Positions 25,418-34,691 of a stretch of 64,000 bases of DNA are shown piece after piece. Positions within the stretch are counted from its first letter, which is position 1, and each line of letters starts with the position of its first letter. The stretch comes from an uncultured Anaerolineales bacterium (GTDB lineage: Bacteria; Chloroflexota; Anaerolineae; Anaerolineales; UBA11858), in the NCBI GenBank assembly GCA_964618295.1, contig CAZTWV010000001.1, forward strand, positions 9,435 to 73,434, in the 5' to 3' direction. The position numbers and the translations under genes were made by a program. The notes under the pieces were generated by a model, which was not told where the DNA came from, ran no database searches, and was given only the letters and a program-made list of their open reading frames with translations.

Positions 25418-28162
25418 ATGATGGCAGACCAGAAATGGGTCTACACATTCCATGAGGTAGAAGAAGCAGAAGATCATGTTGGTGGGTCCTGGGATGGCGT
25501 CCGGGCTTTGCTGGGTGGAAAAGGGGCAAACCTGGCCGAGATGACCAGGATCGGAATTCCAGTTCCGCCCGGATTTACTGTAACCACAGAAGCTTGCAAT
25601 GCTTATATTGATGCTGGAGAAAAATTCCCGGACAATATGTGGGATCAAGAGCTGGCAGCAATGAAAGCAATTGAAGAGGAAACCGGGAAAGAATTCGGCG
25701 ATGCAGAGAATCCGCTGCTGGTATCCTGCCGATCCGGGGCTGTGAAATCCATGCCCGGGATGATGGACACGGTGCTGAACATTGGTTTAAATGACGAAAC
25801 AGTGAAAGGTATGATTGAGCTTACCGGTGACGAACGCTTTGTGTACGACGCCTATCGGCGCCTGGTGCAGATGTTTGGATCGGTCGTTCTGGGCATTGAT
25901 GATGAAGCTTTCGAGGAAGTTCTGGATGAATACAAAGAGGACAAAGGCGTAGAGCTCGATACAGAGCTCACTGCGGATGATTGGAAAAAATTAACCGCTG
26001 AATTCCAGAAAATTGTTAAAAAGGAAAAGGGCTTTGATTTCCCCCAGGATCCTTTTGATCAGCTCCGGATGGCGACAGAAGCTGTGTTCGCATCCTGGAA
26101 TGGCAAGCGTGCAGTGGATTACCGGAATGCGACCGGCATTCCCCATGATCTGGGCACTGCTGTAAACGTGATGACTATGGTCTTTGGAAACATGGAAGAA
26201 GCTTCCGGAACCGGTGTGGCATTCACCCGGAATCCTTCCACTGGTGAAAAGAAATTGTGGGGGGAATATCTGCTGAACGCCCAGGGTGAGGATGTGGTTG
26301 CCGGGATCCGGAATGCAGAGGATATCAGCACACTGAATGACGAAATGCCGGATGTGTATAAAAACTTCCAGGAGATTACGACCAGACTGGAACAGCATTA
26401 CCGGGAAATGCAGGATGTTGAATTCACAATTGAGCGTGGAAAACTCTGGATGCTGCAGACCCGAGATGGAAAACGAACTGCCAAAGCTGCCGTGAAAATT
26501 GCGGTGGATATGGCCAATGAAGGCTTAATTTCCAGGGAAGAAGCGGTCATGCGGGTAGCACCCTCCCAGGTGGACACCCTGCTTCACCCCCAATTCATTC
26601 TGGAAGAGAAAGATAAAGCTGAAAAAGATGGAAATATGCTGGCAACAGGGGTGAACGCTTCCCCGGGAGCAGCAGTGGGACGGGCCTATTTTGATGCTGA
26701 CAAAGCTGAAGAGATGGCCAAGGAAAGCGGGCAGGATGTCATTATGGTCCGGCCGTTTACCAAGCCTGATGATGTGCACGGAATGCTGGCTTCGAAAGGT
26801 ATTCTGACCAGCGAGGGCGGCGCGACATCCCACGCAGCAGTGGTTGCCCGGCAGTTTGGTATTCCCTGCGTGGTTGGGGCCTCTGATGTTCAGATCAATA
26901 TGGAAAAGCGGGAGCTGGTGGCTCACGGTGTGAAAGTTAAGGAAGGCGATTATCTCTCGGTAGATGGAACCACCGGTGAGGTATTCCTGGGTGAAATCCC
27001 GTCAGTTGCTCCTTCTCTGGAAGAACAAACTGAATTGATGGAGATCCTGGAATGGGCTGATGAAATTTCAGCAACCTCTGATATCCGCCAGGCACCGGAT
27101 GGCTGGCCGACACGCGGTCTGCAGGTCTGGGCCAACGCTGATTATCCCGAGGACGCCCGTCGGGCCCGGACATACGGAGCCAAGGGCATCGGATTATGCC
27201 GGACTGAGCACATGTTCTTTGAACCAGAACGGCTACCGATTGTTCAGGATATGATTCTTTCAGACTCGGTTGAGAAACGAGTGGAAGCCCTCGATAAGCT
27301 GCTCCCTTACCAGCGGAGTGATTTTGACGGGTTGTTTGAAGCGATGACCGGTTTACCGGTAATCATTCGTTTGATTGACCCCCCGCTGCATGAGTTCATG
27401 CCGGATGAGCATGAATTGTTGGAAGAAGTGATTGCGGATCGGATTCAAGGGAAAGAGGATGAAGAAAAAGTCAGTTTGCTGACCAGCATTCAGAATCTCC
27501 ATGAAAGCAATCCGATGATGGGACTCCGCGGTGTGCGACTGAGCGTGGTTATGCCGGAAATTGTCAGTATGCAGGTTCGGGCGATCTTTGAGGCGGCAGC
27601 CGATGTCAAGCTGCGTGGATTTGAACCCAAACCCGAAGTGATGATTCCGCTGACCGGTCACATCAATGAGCTCCATTTCATTCAGCCCAAGCTGGAAGAA
27701 ATTGCCAAAGACGTGATGGATGAAAAAGGGGTCGAATTTGAGTATAAATTCGGAACCATGATCGAAATCCCGCGGGCGGGATTGACAGCGGATGAGATTG
27801 CCGAAACTGCCGAGTTCTTCTCCTTCGGAACCAATGACCTGACCCAGTTTACATTCGGGTACAGCCGGGATGATGCTGAGCGCAATTTCCTGGTCAAATA
27901 CGTCGAAGATGGCATTTTACCCAAGAATCCATTCCAGACGATTGATTTTCAGGGTGTCGGTCAGCTGATGGATCTAACGGTCAAGAAAGGTCGGGAAACA
28001 CGTGTCGATCTCGAAGTCGGAATCTGTGGCGAGCACGGCGGTGATCCGGAATCAATCGACTGGTGCTACCGGATTGGTTTGAACTATGTCAGCTGTTCAC
28101 CTTTCCGCGTCCCGGTTGCAAGGTTGGCGGCAGCTCAGTCTGCAGTCAACAACCGGAAATAA
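25418..28162 (+). CDS. ppdK: Pyruvate, phosphate dikinase
   Basis: Full-length PPDK pattern: GGKGANLAEM, phospho-histidine block GGATSHAAVVARQFG, PEP/pyruvate domain GLCRTEHMFF and FFSFGTNDLTQ. GGAGG upstream. Confidence 0.93.
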   Translation: MMADQKWVYTFHEVEEAEDHVGGSWDGVRALLGGKGANLAEMTRIGIPVPPGFTVTTEACNAYIDAGEKFPDNMWDQELAAMKAIEEETGKEFGDAENPLLVSCRSGAVKSMPGMMDTVLNIGLNDETVKGMIELTGDERFVYDAYRRLVQMFGSVVLGIDDEAFEEVLDEYKEDKGVELDTELTADDWKKLTAEFQKIVKKEKGFDFPQDPFDQLRMATEAVFASWNGKRAVDYRNATGIPHDLGTAVNVMTMVFGNMEEASGTGVAFTRNPSTGEKKLWGEYLLNAQGEDVVAGIRNAEDISTLNDEMPDVYKNFQEITTRLEQHYREMQDVEFTIERGKLWMLQTRDGKRTAKAAVKIAVDMANEGLISREEAVMRVAPSQVDTLLHPQFILEEKDKAEKDGNMLATGVNASPGAAVGRAYFDADKAEEMAKESGQDVIMVRPFTKPDDVHGMLASKGILTSEGGATSHAAVVARQFGIPCVVGASDVQINMEKRELVAHGVKVKEGDYLSVDGTTGEVFLGEIPSVAPSLEEQTELMEILEWADEISATSDIRQAPDGWPTRGLQVWANADYPEDARRARTYGAKGIGLCRTEHMFFEPERLPIVQDMILSDSVEKRVEALDKLLPYQRSDFDGLFEAMTGLPVIIRLIDPPLHEFMPDEHELLEEVIADRIQGKEDEEKVSLLTSIQNLHESNPMMGLRGVRLSVVMPEIVSMQVRAIFEAAADVKLRGFEPKPEVMIPLTGHINELHFIQPKLEEIAKDVMDEKGVEFEYKFGTMIEIPRAGLTADEIAETAEFFSFGTNDLTQFTFGYSRDDAERNFLVKYVEDGILPKNPFQTIDFQGVGQLMDLTVKKGRETRVDLEVGICGEHGGDPESIDWCYRIGLNYVSCSPFRVPVARLAAAQSAVNNRK

Positions 28163-28193
28163 CCCGGTCTAAAAAACGCTTGAACCTTGATGA

Positions 28194-28223
28194 GAGCAGG
28201 GCTGCAAAGCCCTGCTCTTTTTT
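28194..28223 (+). terminator. Rho-independent terminator after ppdK
   Basis: GAGCAGGGC-TGCAAA-GCCCTGCTC followed by TTTTTT. Confidence 0.85.
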
Positions 28224-28379
28224 GTTAAAATATTTCGGATAGAAAACAGGAGAAAAGTTAATCAATTTTGATTAGTTGGGATGGATTCTTAATGGGGGTA
28301 AAGTGAAAATCATGTTATGATTCAAAGTAGCAGTTAAATTTTTAATAATTCTCTTAATAGATAGAAAGAAGGAGAGACC

Positions 28380-29066
28380 ATGGACTTTGGGAAAGCATTT
28401 ACATTTGTGTTTGATGACGAGGAGTGGCTGAAAAAAATTGCTCTCGCGGCGGTGATTTCCTTGATCCCGATCGTTGGCAGCCTGGTTGTCATGGGCTGGG
28501 GATTGGAAGTAACGAAACGCGTGATCCGGAAGGATTTGGAAGAACTGCCGGGGTGGGAAGATTTTGGCGGTTATTTGCTCAGCGGCTTCATGGTGTTAGT
28601 AATCGGTTTTGTGTTTTTCCTGCCGATGATCCTGGTTCAGGCCTGTGGGTCCGGCGGATTGGCTCTGCTCGGGAATACTGCAGAGCAGGAAGCTGCGATG
28701 ACTGCTGTGGGAATTGTGACAGCCTGCCTCTCCTGTCTGGCCATTCTTTACAGTATTGCAGCCTCTCTGGTAGTTCCGGCGGCGATTGGCCGTTATGCAG
28801 CGACCGGTGAACTGGGCGCTGCCTTCAAATTCGGCGCTGTGATTAAAATGGTCCGTGAAAATTTAGGAGCTTATTTTATGGTTTTCCTGGGGGTAATTGT
28901 TTCCAGCCTGGTAGCATCCCTGGGGACCATCCTGTGTGTGATTGGTGTTTTGTTTACAACTGCATATTCCATGGCAATCAACGGGCATCTGGTTGGTCAG
29001 GCCTATAATGTTGCAGATGGAAGCGGCGCAGCCGTTCCAGCTGAGCCCATCCCCGCAGCGGATTAA
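28380..29066 (+). CDS. DUF4013 family membrane protein
   Basis: The N-terminal FTFVFDDEEWLKKIALAAVISLIPIVGSLVVMGWGLEV is the characteristic DUF4013 opening, followed by 4-5 TM helices. Confidence 0.65.
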   Translation: MDFGKAFTFVFDDEEWLKKIALAAVISLIPIVGSLVVMGWGLEVTKRVIRKDLEELPGWEDFGGYLLSGFMVLVIGFVFFLPMILVQACGSGGLALLGNTAEQEAAMTAVGIVTACLSCLAILYSIAASLVVPAAIGRYAATGELGAAFKFGAVIKMVRENLGAYFMVFLGVIVSSLVASLGTILCVIGVLFTTAYSMAINGHLVGQAYNVADGSGAAVPAEPIPAAD

Positions 29067-29089
29067 TCGGAAAACTTACTGAACTAAAC

Positions 29090-29128
29090 AAAAAGCGATG
29101 CCCAGAGCCGGACATCGCTTTTTGTTTT
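29090..29128. terminator. Bidirectional terminator between convergent genes
   Basis: AAAA-AGCGATG-(12-nt loop)-CATCGCT-TTTTGTTTT. Confidence 0.7.
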
Positions 29129-29150
29129 GGATTAAGAGCGTAATCAAATA

Positions 29151-29711
29151 TCAGCCAGCTTTTATGGCGGCTTTTTCAGCAAATTCATAACCCTTTTGAA
29201 TTGCTTCGAAATTCAGGGGCAGGGTTTTCTGATGTCTTTCCGGGAGGTGATCTTCGAGAGCTTTTTTCAGGTTGTCGAGAGAGATCACCGGTTCCAACCG
29301 GATCATTGCCCCCATCATGATCATATTTGCCAGGCGGGACATGCCCAGTTCTTCTGCGATGTCGTTAGCTGGAATTTGGAGGCCCCGGATGTCTTGGCGT
29401 TCAAGATCCCGGTTCATCAAGGATGCGTTCGCAATCAATACTCCATCTGCGGGAATCAGCTGCTCATATTTATCAACAGAAGGTAGATTAAGGGCCAGAA
29501 CAACATCCGGCTTTCGAACCAGTGGGGAACCGATTGGCTCCTCGGAGATGATCACCGTGCAGTGGGCGGTTCCACCCCGCATCTCAGGGCCGTAAGAGGG
29601 GATCCAGGTGACTTCATAACCGTTATCCATCGCGGCGTACGCAAGCACCTGTCCTGCAAAAAGTGTTCCCTGACCGCCGAATCCAGAAATGATAAAACTG
29701 GTTTCTTCCAT
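29151..29711 (-). CDS. 2-oxoacid:ferredoxin oxidoreductase, gamma subunit
   Basis: ISGFGGQGTLFAGQVLA ... SYGPEMRGGTAHC is typical of the POR/KOR gamma family. Last gene of a delta-alpha-beta-gamma operon. Confidence 0.85.
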   Translation of the reverse strand: MEETSFIISGFGGQGTLFAGQVLAYAAMDNGYEVTWIPSYGPEMRGGTAHCTVIISEEPIGSPLVRKPDVVLALNLPSVDKYEQLIPADGVLIANASLMNRDLERQDIRGLQIPANDIAEELGMSRLANMIMMGAMIRLEPVISLDNLKKALEDHLPERHQKTLPLNFEAIQKGYEFAEKAAIKAG

Positions 29712-29724
29712 GTGCGCAGACTCC

Positions 29725-30501
29725 TTAGACTTTCAGTGATTTCAGGTCTGGAAGAACTTTATAATCTCCCAGAGGGTAGACGGGAAGCATTTTCTCTTCC
29801 ACAAAGTCAAGAGCTTCCTGGGGAGTCAACTTCCAGTTGGTAGGGCAGGAGGAAAGCAGTTCAACGAGAGAAAAGCCCAATCCTCTTTCCTGGGCTTCAA
29901 AAGCCAGGCGGATCGCCTTTTTCGATTTTCGGATATTCGCCGGGTTGTGCAGGCTGCGGCGGACAATATACCCGGAACCATCAATCGTGGCCAGAATTTC
30001 TGACATCCGAACCGGATACCCGGCCATCTCCACATCACGACCTAATGGCGAGGAGGTGGTTTTCATTCCCGGCAGGGTGGTGGGTGCCATCTGCCCCCCG
30101 GTCATCCCGTAGATTGCATTGTTGATAAAGATTACAGTAATGTTTTCACCGCGGATAGCAGCATGCATAATCTCTGCCATCCCAATTGAGGCCAGGTCAC
30201 CGTCGCCCTGGTAAGTAAAAACCGTGTTGTTCGGTAGCACCCGTTTGATTCCGGTGGCCATTGCTGGCGCCCGTCCGTGGGCGGCTTCTACGAAGTCCAT
30301 TTTGAAGTAGTTATAAGCAAAGACTGAACAACCTACCGGGGCGACACCAATTGTTTTTTCTCGGAGACCCATTTCATCGATGACTTCTGCTACCAACCGG
30401 TGGGCAACTCCATGGGTGCAGCCCGGACAATAGTGGGTGTGCAGATCTGTGAAAGATTCAGGGCGCTGATAAACAATCTCTGTAGCAGTTGTGGTTACCA
30501 T
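29725..30501 (-). CDS. 2-oxoacid:ferredoxin oxidoreductase, beta (TPP-binding) subunit
   Basis: HYCPGCTHG ... GDGDLASIG ... [11 protein letters not shown] is the TPP-binding beta subunit signature. The short size (258 aa) is more KOR/VOR-like than POR-like. Confidence 0.85.
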   Translation of the reverse strand: MVTTTATEIVYQRPESFTDLHTHYCPGCTHGVAHRLVAEVIDEMGLREKTIGVAPVGCSVFAYNYFKMDFVEAAHGRAPAMATGIKRVLPNNTVFTYQGDGDLASIGMAEIMHAAIRGENITVIFINNAIYGMTGGQMAPTTLPGMKTTSSPLGRDVEMAGYPVRMSEILATIDGSGYIVRRSLHNPANIRKSKKAIRLAFEAQERGLGFSLVELLSSCPTNWKLTPQEALDFVEEKMLPVYPLGDYKVLPDLKSLKV

Positions 30502-31625
30502 TATTTTTCTCCCATAATTTGGGCTTCAAGCCGGGCGATCCAGGCATCCCTGGGATCGTTCTGGGGTGGATCAGTGTTTTTGGCAGTCCGTTTGATCTCG
30601 GCCAGGATTTCATCCGGAAGGGGGGTAACACCGCCCATCCGACCGTAAAATTCGACCGGAACCTTACCCTGGGTGATTTTCATCACATCATCCAGCATCA
30701 TTCCTGAGTTCATTTCGACCACCAGGATCCGATCAACCTGATCAGTCAGCTCCCGGAGGCGCTGCTGTGGGAAAGGGGCCAGGGTGATCGGCCGCAGTAA
30801 ACCGACCTTGATGCCCTCTTCCCGGGCTTCCCGGACGGCTGATGAGGCAACCCTGCCTGCTGTTCCAAATCCGATCACCAGAATTTCTGCGTCCTCAACG
30901 TCGGCTTCCTTGAAAATTACTTCGTTTTCTTCGATTTCTTTCCAGCGTTTGAGCAAGCGGAGATTTGTGACCTCTTCATCTTCTGGATCAATATAAATGG
31001 AGGTCAGAATATTGGGGTCCCGTCCTTTGGCCCCGGACACAGCCCAATCGGGCGCTTGTTCTGGAATGTCACGCATCGCTGGAAGTTCTGCCGGTTCCAT
31101 CATCTGACCCATATTTCCATCTACAATCACATGGACTACAGAGAGATATTTTTCTGCCAGCTCAAAAGCCAGGCTGATATAGTCGACTGCTTCCTGAACG
31201 CTGGCCGGAGCAAGCACGATTGGGAAGTAATCTCCGTGACCGCCGCCTTTCACCATCTGGTAGTAATCACCTTGAGATGGAGCAATATTGCCCAAACCCG
31301 GTCCGCCCCGCATTACATTAACAATAACGGCCGGGACTTCGGTCCCGGCAATGTAGGAGATTCCCTCCATCATCAGGCTCACTCCCGGGCTGGATGAGGC
31401 AGTCATTACCCGTTTTCCGGTGCAGGCAGCGCCGTAGACCATGTTGATGGCTGCGACCTCACTCTCTGCCTGAACAAAGGCCCGTCCCAGCTCGGGAAGG
31501 CGTTTGGCCATGTGCTCTAAAAATTCGGTCGATGGAGTGATCGGATATCCGAAAAAAGCTTCCACGCCAGCCCGGATTGCGGCTTCAGCAAAGGCGTGAT
31601 TTCCTTTCAATAATTCTTTTGCCAC
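30501..31625 (-). CDS. 2-oxoacid:ferredoxin oxidoreductase, alpha subunit
   Basis: [29 protein letters not shown] is the typical alpha N-terminus. Start moved to GTG 31623-31625 (VAKELLKGN), preceded by AGGAGG. The track start at 31712 would overlap the delta subunit. Confidence 0.85.
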   Translation of the reverse strand: MAKELLKGNHAFAEAAIRAGVEAFFGYPITPSTEFLEHMAKRLPELGRAFVQAESEVAAINMVYGAACTGKRVMTASSSPGVSLMMEGISYIAGTEVPAVIVNVMRGGPGLGNIAPSQGDYYQMVKGGGHGDYFPIVLAPASVQEAVDYISLAFELAEKYLSVVHVIVDGNMGQMMEPAELPAMRDIPEQAPDWAVSGAKGRDPNILTSIYIDPEDEEVTNLRLLKRWKEIEENEVIFKEADVEDAEILVIGFGTAGRVASSAVREAREEGIKVGLLRPITLAPFPQQRLRELTDQVDRILVVEMNSGMMLDDVMKITQGKVPVEFYGRMGGVTPLPDEILAEIKRTAKNTDPPQNDPRDAWIARLEAQIMGEK

Positions 31626-31630
31626 CGGTC

Positions 31631-31870
31631 TTACCTCCTGGCTTTTTGTTTGGTTTTTTCCCGGTATACTGTAATCGCTGCATCCGGACAAACAACAGCA
31701 CAAATTCCACACCCTGTGCAGGTTTCTGTCGTCATTTTTGCTGGGTGATAACCCTTGGGAGTCAGGCGTTCCATATCCAGGATGAGTACATCCTGGGGGC
31801 AGGCTTCAATGCACAAACCGCAGCCTTTACAGTATAAATCGTCGACAACAATCCAACCGGAAACTGGCAT
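31631..31870 (-). CDS. 2-oxoacid:ferredoxin oxidoreductase, delta subunit (2x[4Fe-4S] ferredoxin)
   Basis: Two CxxCxxCxxxCP motifs: CKGCGLCIEACP and CTGCGICAVVCP. Confidence 0.85.
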   Translation of the reverse strand: MPVSGWIVVDDLYCKGCGLCIEACPQDVLILDMERLTPKGYHPAKMTTETCTGCGICAVVCPDAAITVYREKTKQKARR

Positions 31871-31926
31871 TTTGATGCTCCTTTGATAAATACTAAGTGC
31901 AGCACAAATAAATGGACCTGTCTCTT

Positions 31927-31969
31927 TTTATATCACAGATCAAAAGGGGCAATTGGGTCTGCCAATTGC
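31927..31969 (-). promoter_or_regulatory. Extended -10 promoter of the oxidoreductase operon, with a perfect 8-5-8 palindrome over the -35 region (candidate operator)
   Basis: Minus strand: GCAATTGG-CAGAC-CCAATTGC (31949-31969), then 16 nt, then TGaTATAAA (31927-31935). The start codon is about 55 nt downstream. Confidence 0.45.
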
Positions 31970-32078
31970 AATCATGATTTACTCATATTATACGCCTCGA
32001 GAAAAGGAATCCCTAGTGACAAGATACAGGTATGTTGTGGTTGATTATCAGGGGTTTTTTCGAAATGAGATCGACGGA

Positions 32079-32106
32079 TTGACAGGGGGAGTCCCTCTGG
32101 TATAAT
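32079..32106 (+). promoter_or_regulatory. Consensus sigma70 promoter of the rplU-rpmA-rpmE operon
   Basis: TTGACA (32079-32084), a 16-nt spacer, then TATAAT (32101-32106). Confidence 0.7.
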
Positions 32107-32113
32107 GGCACGG

Positions 32114-32145
32114 CATCGAAGACCAAGGTCTTCGGATGACTTTTT
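32114..32145 (+). promoter_or_regulatory. Terminator-like hairpin at the very 5' end of the rplU leader (possible attenuator or autoregulatory element)
   Basis: CATCGAAGACC-AA-GGTCTTCGGATG (one bulge) followed by ACTTTTT, starting about 8 nt after the -10. About 90 more nt of leader precede the rplU SD (GGAGG). Confidence 0.45.
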
Positions 32146-32237
32146 AACATGGCTCAATGCCCCCAACTTCCCCGTTGCCCGGCGGGATTAGATCAAAAAC
32201 GCGGGGTGAATGGTGAAGTGAAGATTGGAGGAAGAAT

Positions 32238-32555
32238 ATGAAGTACGCAATTGTTTCCAATGGTGGAAAACAATACAAAGCTGTTCCCGGGGAGACACTC
32301 CAGGTTGATCGGCTTCCCAACGAAGTTGACGATCAGGTCGTTCTCGAGGAGGTCCTTTTTATTGCTGATGACAACAAACTGGCAATTGGAGAGCCGCTGG
32401 TCAAAGGCGCCAAAGTCAAAACAACTGTCACCGGTCAAATTAAAGGGCCAAAAATTGTTGTCTTTAAATACAAACCTAAAGTTCGGTACCGCAGAAAACA
32501 GGGTCATCGTCAGCACTACACTTTGCTGCGTGTTGATGAGATTGTGATTGAATAA
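32238..32555 (+). CDS. rplU: 50S ribosomal protein L21
   Basis: MKYAIVSNGGKQYKAVPGETLQVDRL ... KYKPKVRYRRKQGHRQHYT is canonical L21. Confidence 0.95.
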   Translation: MKYAIVSNGGKQYKAVPGETLQVDRLPNEVDDQVVLEEVLFIADDNKLAIGEPLVKGAKVKTTVTGQIKGPKIVVFKYKPKVRYRRKQGHRQHYTLLRVDEIVIE

Positions 32556-32564
32556 GGAGTTAAC

Positions 32565-32822
32565 ATGGCTCACAAAAAAGGCGGCGGGTCAACCCGCAAT
32601 GGTCGAGATAGTAATTCAAAACGTCTGGGTGTGAAAAAATACGGCGGACAGCTTGTTCGCTCCGGAAATATCTTAGTGCGGCAGCGCGGCACAAGGATTC
32701 ACCCCGGGTTAAATGTAGGTCGGGGCGGCGATGATACCTTGTTTGCTAAAGCTGACGGCGTGGTTTCTTTTCAGACCATCCGGGGCGGACGAAAACGGGT
32801 CAATGTCATTCCCGCTGAATAA
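32565..32822 (+). CDS. rpmA: 50S ribosomal protein L27
   Basis: [29 protein letters not shown]...RQRGT is canonical L27. Confidence 0.95.
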   Translation: MAHKKGGGSTRNGRDSNSKRLGVKKYGGQLVRSGNILVRQRGTRIHPGLNVGRGGDDTLFAKADGVVSFQTIRGGRKRVNVIPAE

Positions 32823-32839
32823 ACAGGAAGTGTGAAAAA

Positions 32840-33313
32840 ATGAAAGCAGATATCCATCCTACTTATTATGCGGAAGCGAAAGTTGTCTGCGCCTGCGGGA
32901 ATACCTGGACAACCGGGTCGACCCAGGAGCTGATTCGAACTGACGTATGCTCCCAATGCCACCCCTTCTTCACTGGAGAACAGCGCATTGTAGACAGCGA
33001 AGGTCAGGTTGATCGCTTCTATAAAAAGTTGAAAGTTCACGAAGAGTATCAAAAAGAAAAGCAAGCCCGGGAAGAAAAGAAAGTCTCGGAAGATGTATCC
33101 CTGGAAACCCTGGAGCTGGGAACCAGAACCAACAACATTTTGTTGGAGGCTGAGCTGGAGACCGTTGCTGATATCCTGAATCTCTTGGAAGGCGGGGATG
33201 AACCGCTGCTCGATATTAAAGGATTTGGCAGGAAATCATTGATTGATCTCAAAAAAGCCCTGCGGAGTAAGAATTACGAGATCCCGGAAGCGGCAGAAGA
33301 AATTACAGTTTAA
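32840..33313 (+). CDS. rpmE: 50S ribosomal protein L31 (Zn-binding type) with a ~85-aa C-terminal extension resembling the RNA polymerase alpha-subunit CTD
   Basis: Residues 1-70 (MKADIHPTYYAEAKVVCACGNTW...DVCSQCHPFFTGEQRIVDSEGQVDRFYKK) are canonical L31. The ORF continues through a KE-rich linker into LETLELGTRTNNILLEAELETVADILNLLEGGDEPLLDIKGFGRKSLIDLKKAL. Confidence 0.85.
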   Translation: MKADIHPTYYAEAKVVCACGNTWTTGSTQELIRTDVCSQCHPFFTGEQRIVDSEGQVDRFYKKLKVHEEYQKEKQAREEKKVSEDVSLETLELGTRTNNILLEAELETVADILNLLEGGDEPLLDIKGFGRKSLIDLKKALRSKNYEIPEAAEEITV

Positions 33314-33340
33314 GATTTTCCGGACAATAGTTTGATACAA

Positions 33341-33375
33341 TACAGGCAGATTTTTTTCTGCCTGTATTTTTTTTA
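33341..33375 (+). terminator. Rho-independent terminator after rpmE
   Basis: TACAGGCAGA-TTTTTT-TCTGCCTGTA followed by a 9-nt T-run. Confidence 0.85.
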
Positions 33376-33420
33376 TTCAAGTCGGAAATTCTCGGACTAA
33401 ATTTAGAAGAGGAAGCGGGC

Positions 33421-33993
33421 ATGAAACATAGAATTGGCAGATTGGAGGTCATCACCGGCCCGATGTTTTGCGGGAAAACCGATGAGCTGCTCCGGCGACT
33501 GCGCAGAGCGATTATTGCTAAGCAAAAGATCCAGGTTTTTAAACCTGGATTTGATATCCGCTATGGCAGTGGGAAAATTACATCCCATACCGGGAACGAA
33601 TATGACGCGATTCCGATTGATAGTGTCTCAGAAATACCAGCTCTGCTGCGGGACGATGTGACCCTGGTGGCAATTGACGAGGCCCAATTCTTTGATGAGG
33701 AAATTATTCCAGTTATCCAGGATTTGATTGAGCAGGAGATCCGGGTGATTGTCGCTGGATTGGATATGGATTTTCGCGGTGAACCATTTGGACAGATGCC
33801 TATCCTCCTGGCTCAGGCTGAAATTGTAGATAAACTCCACGCAATCTGTATGACCTGCGGCGAAGAAGCGACCCGGACGCAGCGGTTGGTTGACGGGAAA
33901 CCGGCCCACTATAATGATCCTGTGATCATAGTCGGGGCATCGGAACTATATGAAGCACGCTGCCGAAAGCACCACGAGGTTCCCCGTGATTGA
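33421..33993 (+). CDS. tdk: Thymidine kinase
   Basis: [19 protein letters not shown] (P-loop), DEAQFF, and Zn ribbon C-x2-C ... C-x2-H near the C-terminus. Confidence 0.9.
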   Translation: MKHRIGRLEVITGPMFCGKTDELLRRLRRAIIAKQKIQVFKPGFDIRYGSGKITSHTGNEYDAIPIDSVSEIPALLRDDVTLVAIDEAQFFDEEIIPVIQDLIEQEIRVIVAGLDMDFRGEPFGQMPILLAQAEIVDKLHAICMTCGEEATRTQRLVDGKPAHYNDPVIIVGASELYEARCRKHHEVPRD

Positions 33994-34007
33994 AAGGATG
34001 GATAACC

Positions 34008-34568
34008 ATGCAGTCATATCATGAATTTTTAAGTGAAGTTCTGATTCCGGAGCAGGAACTTCAGGACAAAATCGAAGAATTAGGGGACACCATCAGCCGA
34101 GATTATGCTGGCAAAGATCTGCACCTGGTCTGTATATTGCGAGGTGGGGTTTTATTTTTGACTGATTTAATGCGGAAGATTTCTATTCCCCATTCAATTG
34201 ATTTTATGGCAATCTCCTCTTACGGTGTCGGGGATCGGGATTCATCGGGCCAGGTGCGGTTGACCATGGACCTGCGGGATGATATTAAGGATAAACATGT
34301 CCTTCTGGTGGAGGATATCGTTGACAGCGGCAACACACTGTCTTCTATCCTTGGCTTGCTGGGGACCCGCAAACCAGCCTCCCTTAAAGTGTGCACGCTG
34401 CTGGATAAAGCTGAGCGGCGGGAGGTAGAAGTCCCAATCGATTATGTGGGTTTTGTAATCCCAAATAAATATGTATTTGGCTACGGCCTGGATCTCGATG
34501 AATACTACCGGGAGCTGCCCTTTATCGGGGTGGTTAACGAGGATAATTACACACCACCAAGGCATTAA
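34008..34568 (+). CDS. hpt: Hypoxanthine phosphoribosyltransferase
   Basis: VCILRGGVLFLTDL and PRPP-binding motif VLLVEDIVDSGNTL, then GYGLDLDEYYRELPFIG. The ATG at 34008 is preferred over the TTG at 33990. Confidence 0.9.
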   Translation: MQSYHEFLSEVLIPEQELQDKIEELGDTISRDYAGKDLHLVCILRGGVLFLTDLMRKISIPHSIDFMAISSYGVGDRDSSGQVRLTMDLRDDIKDKHVLLVEDIVDSGNTLSSILGLLGTRKPASLKVCTLLDKAERREVEVPIDYVGFVIPNKYVFGYGLDLDEYYRELPFIGVVNEDNYTPPRH

Positions 34569-34633
34569 TTAATTGCAAACTACCCGGAACAAGTTGTATT
34601 CGGCAGCGATTGCTTCCGGGGTTGATTGCCAAC

Positions 34634-34672
34634 CCGGTATGAAAAAATCTGCATACCGGCTGTTTGGTTGTT
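34634..34672 (+). terminator. Probable terminator after hpt
   Basis: CCGGTATG-(10-nt loop)-CATACCGG followed by CTGTTTGGTTGTT (T-rich but interrupted). Confidence 0.45.
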
Positions 34673-34691
34673 GGAATAATGAGTAAAAGAG

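Noticed and set aside
28424-28810. A 128-aa alternative-frame ORF within the DUF4013 gene.
   Set aside because: It is on the same strand, overlapping in a different frame, and is Gly/Arg/Cys-rich as expected from off-frame translation of a hydrophobic protein gene. The DUF4013 frame has the family-typical N-terminus and an SD.
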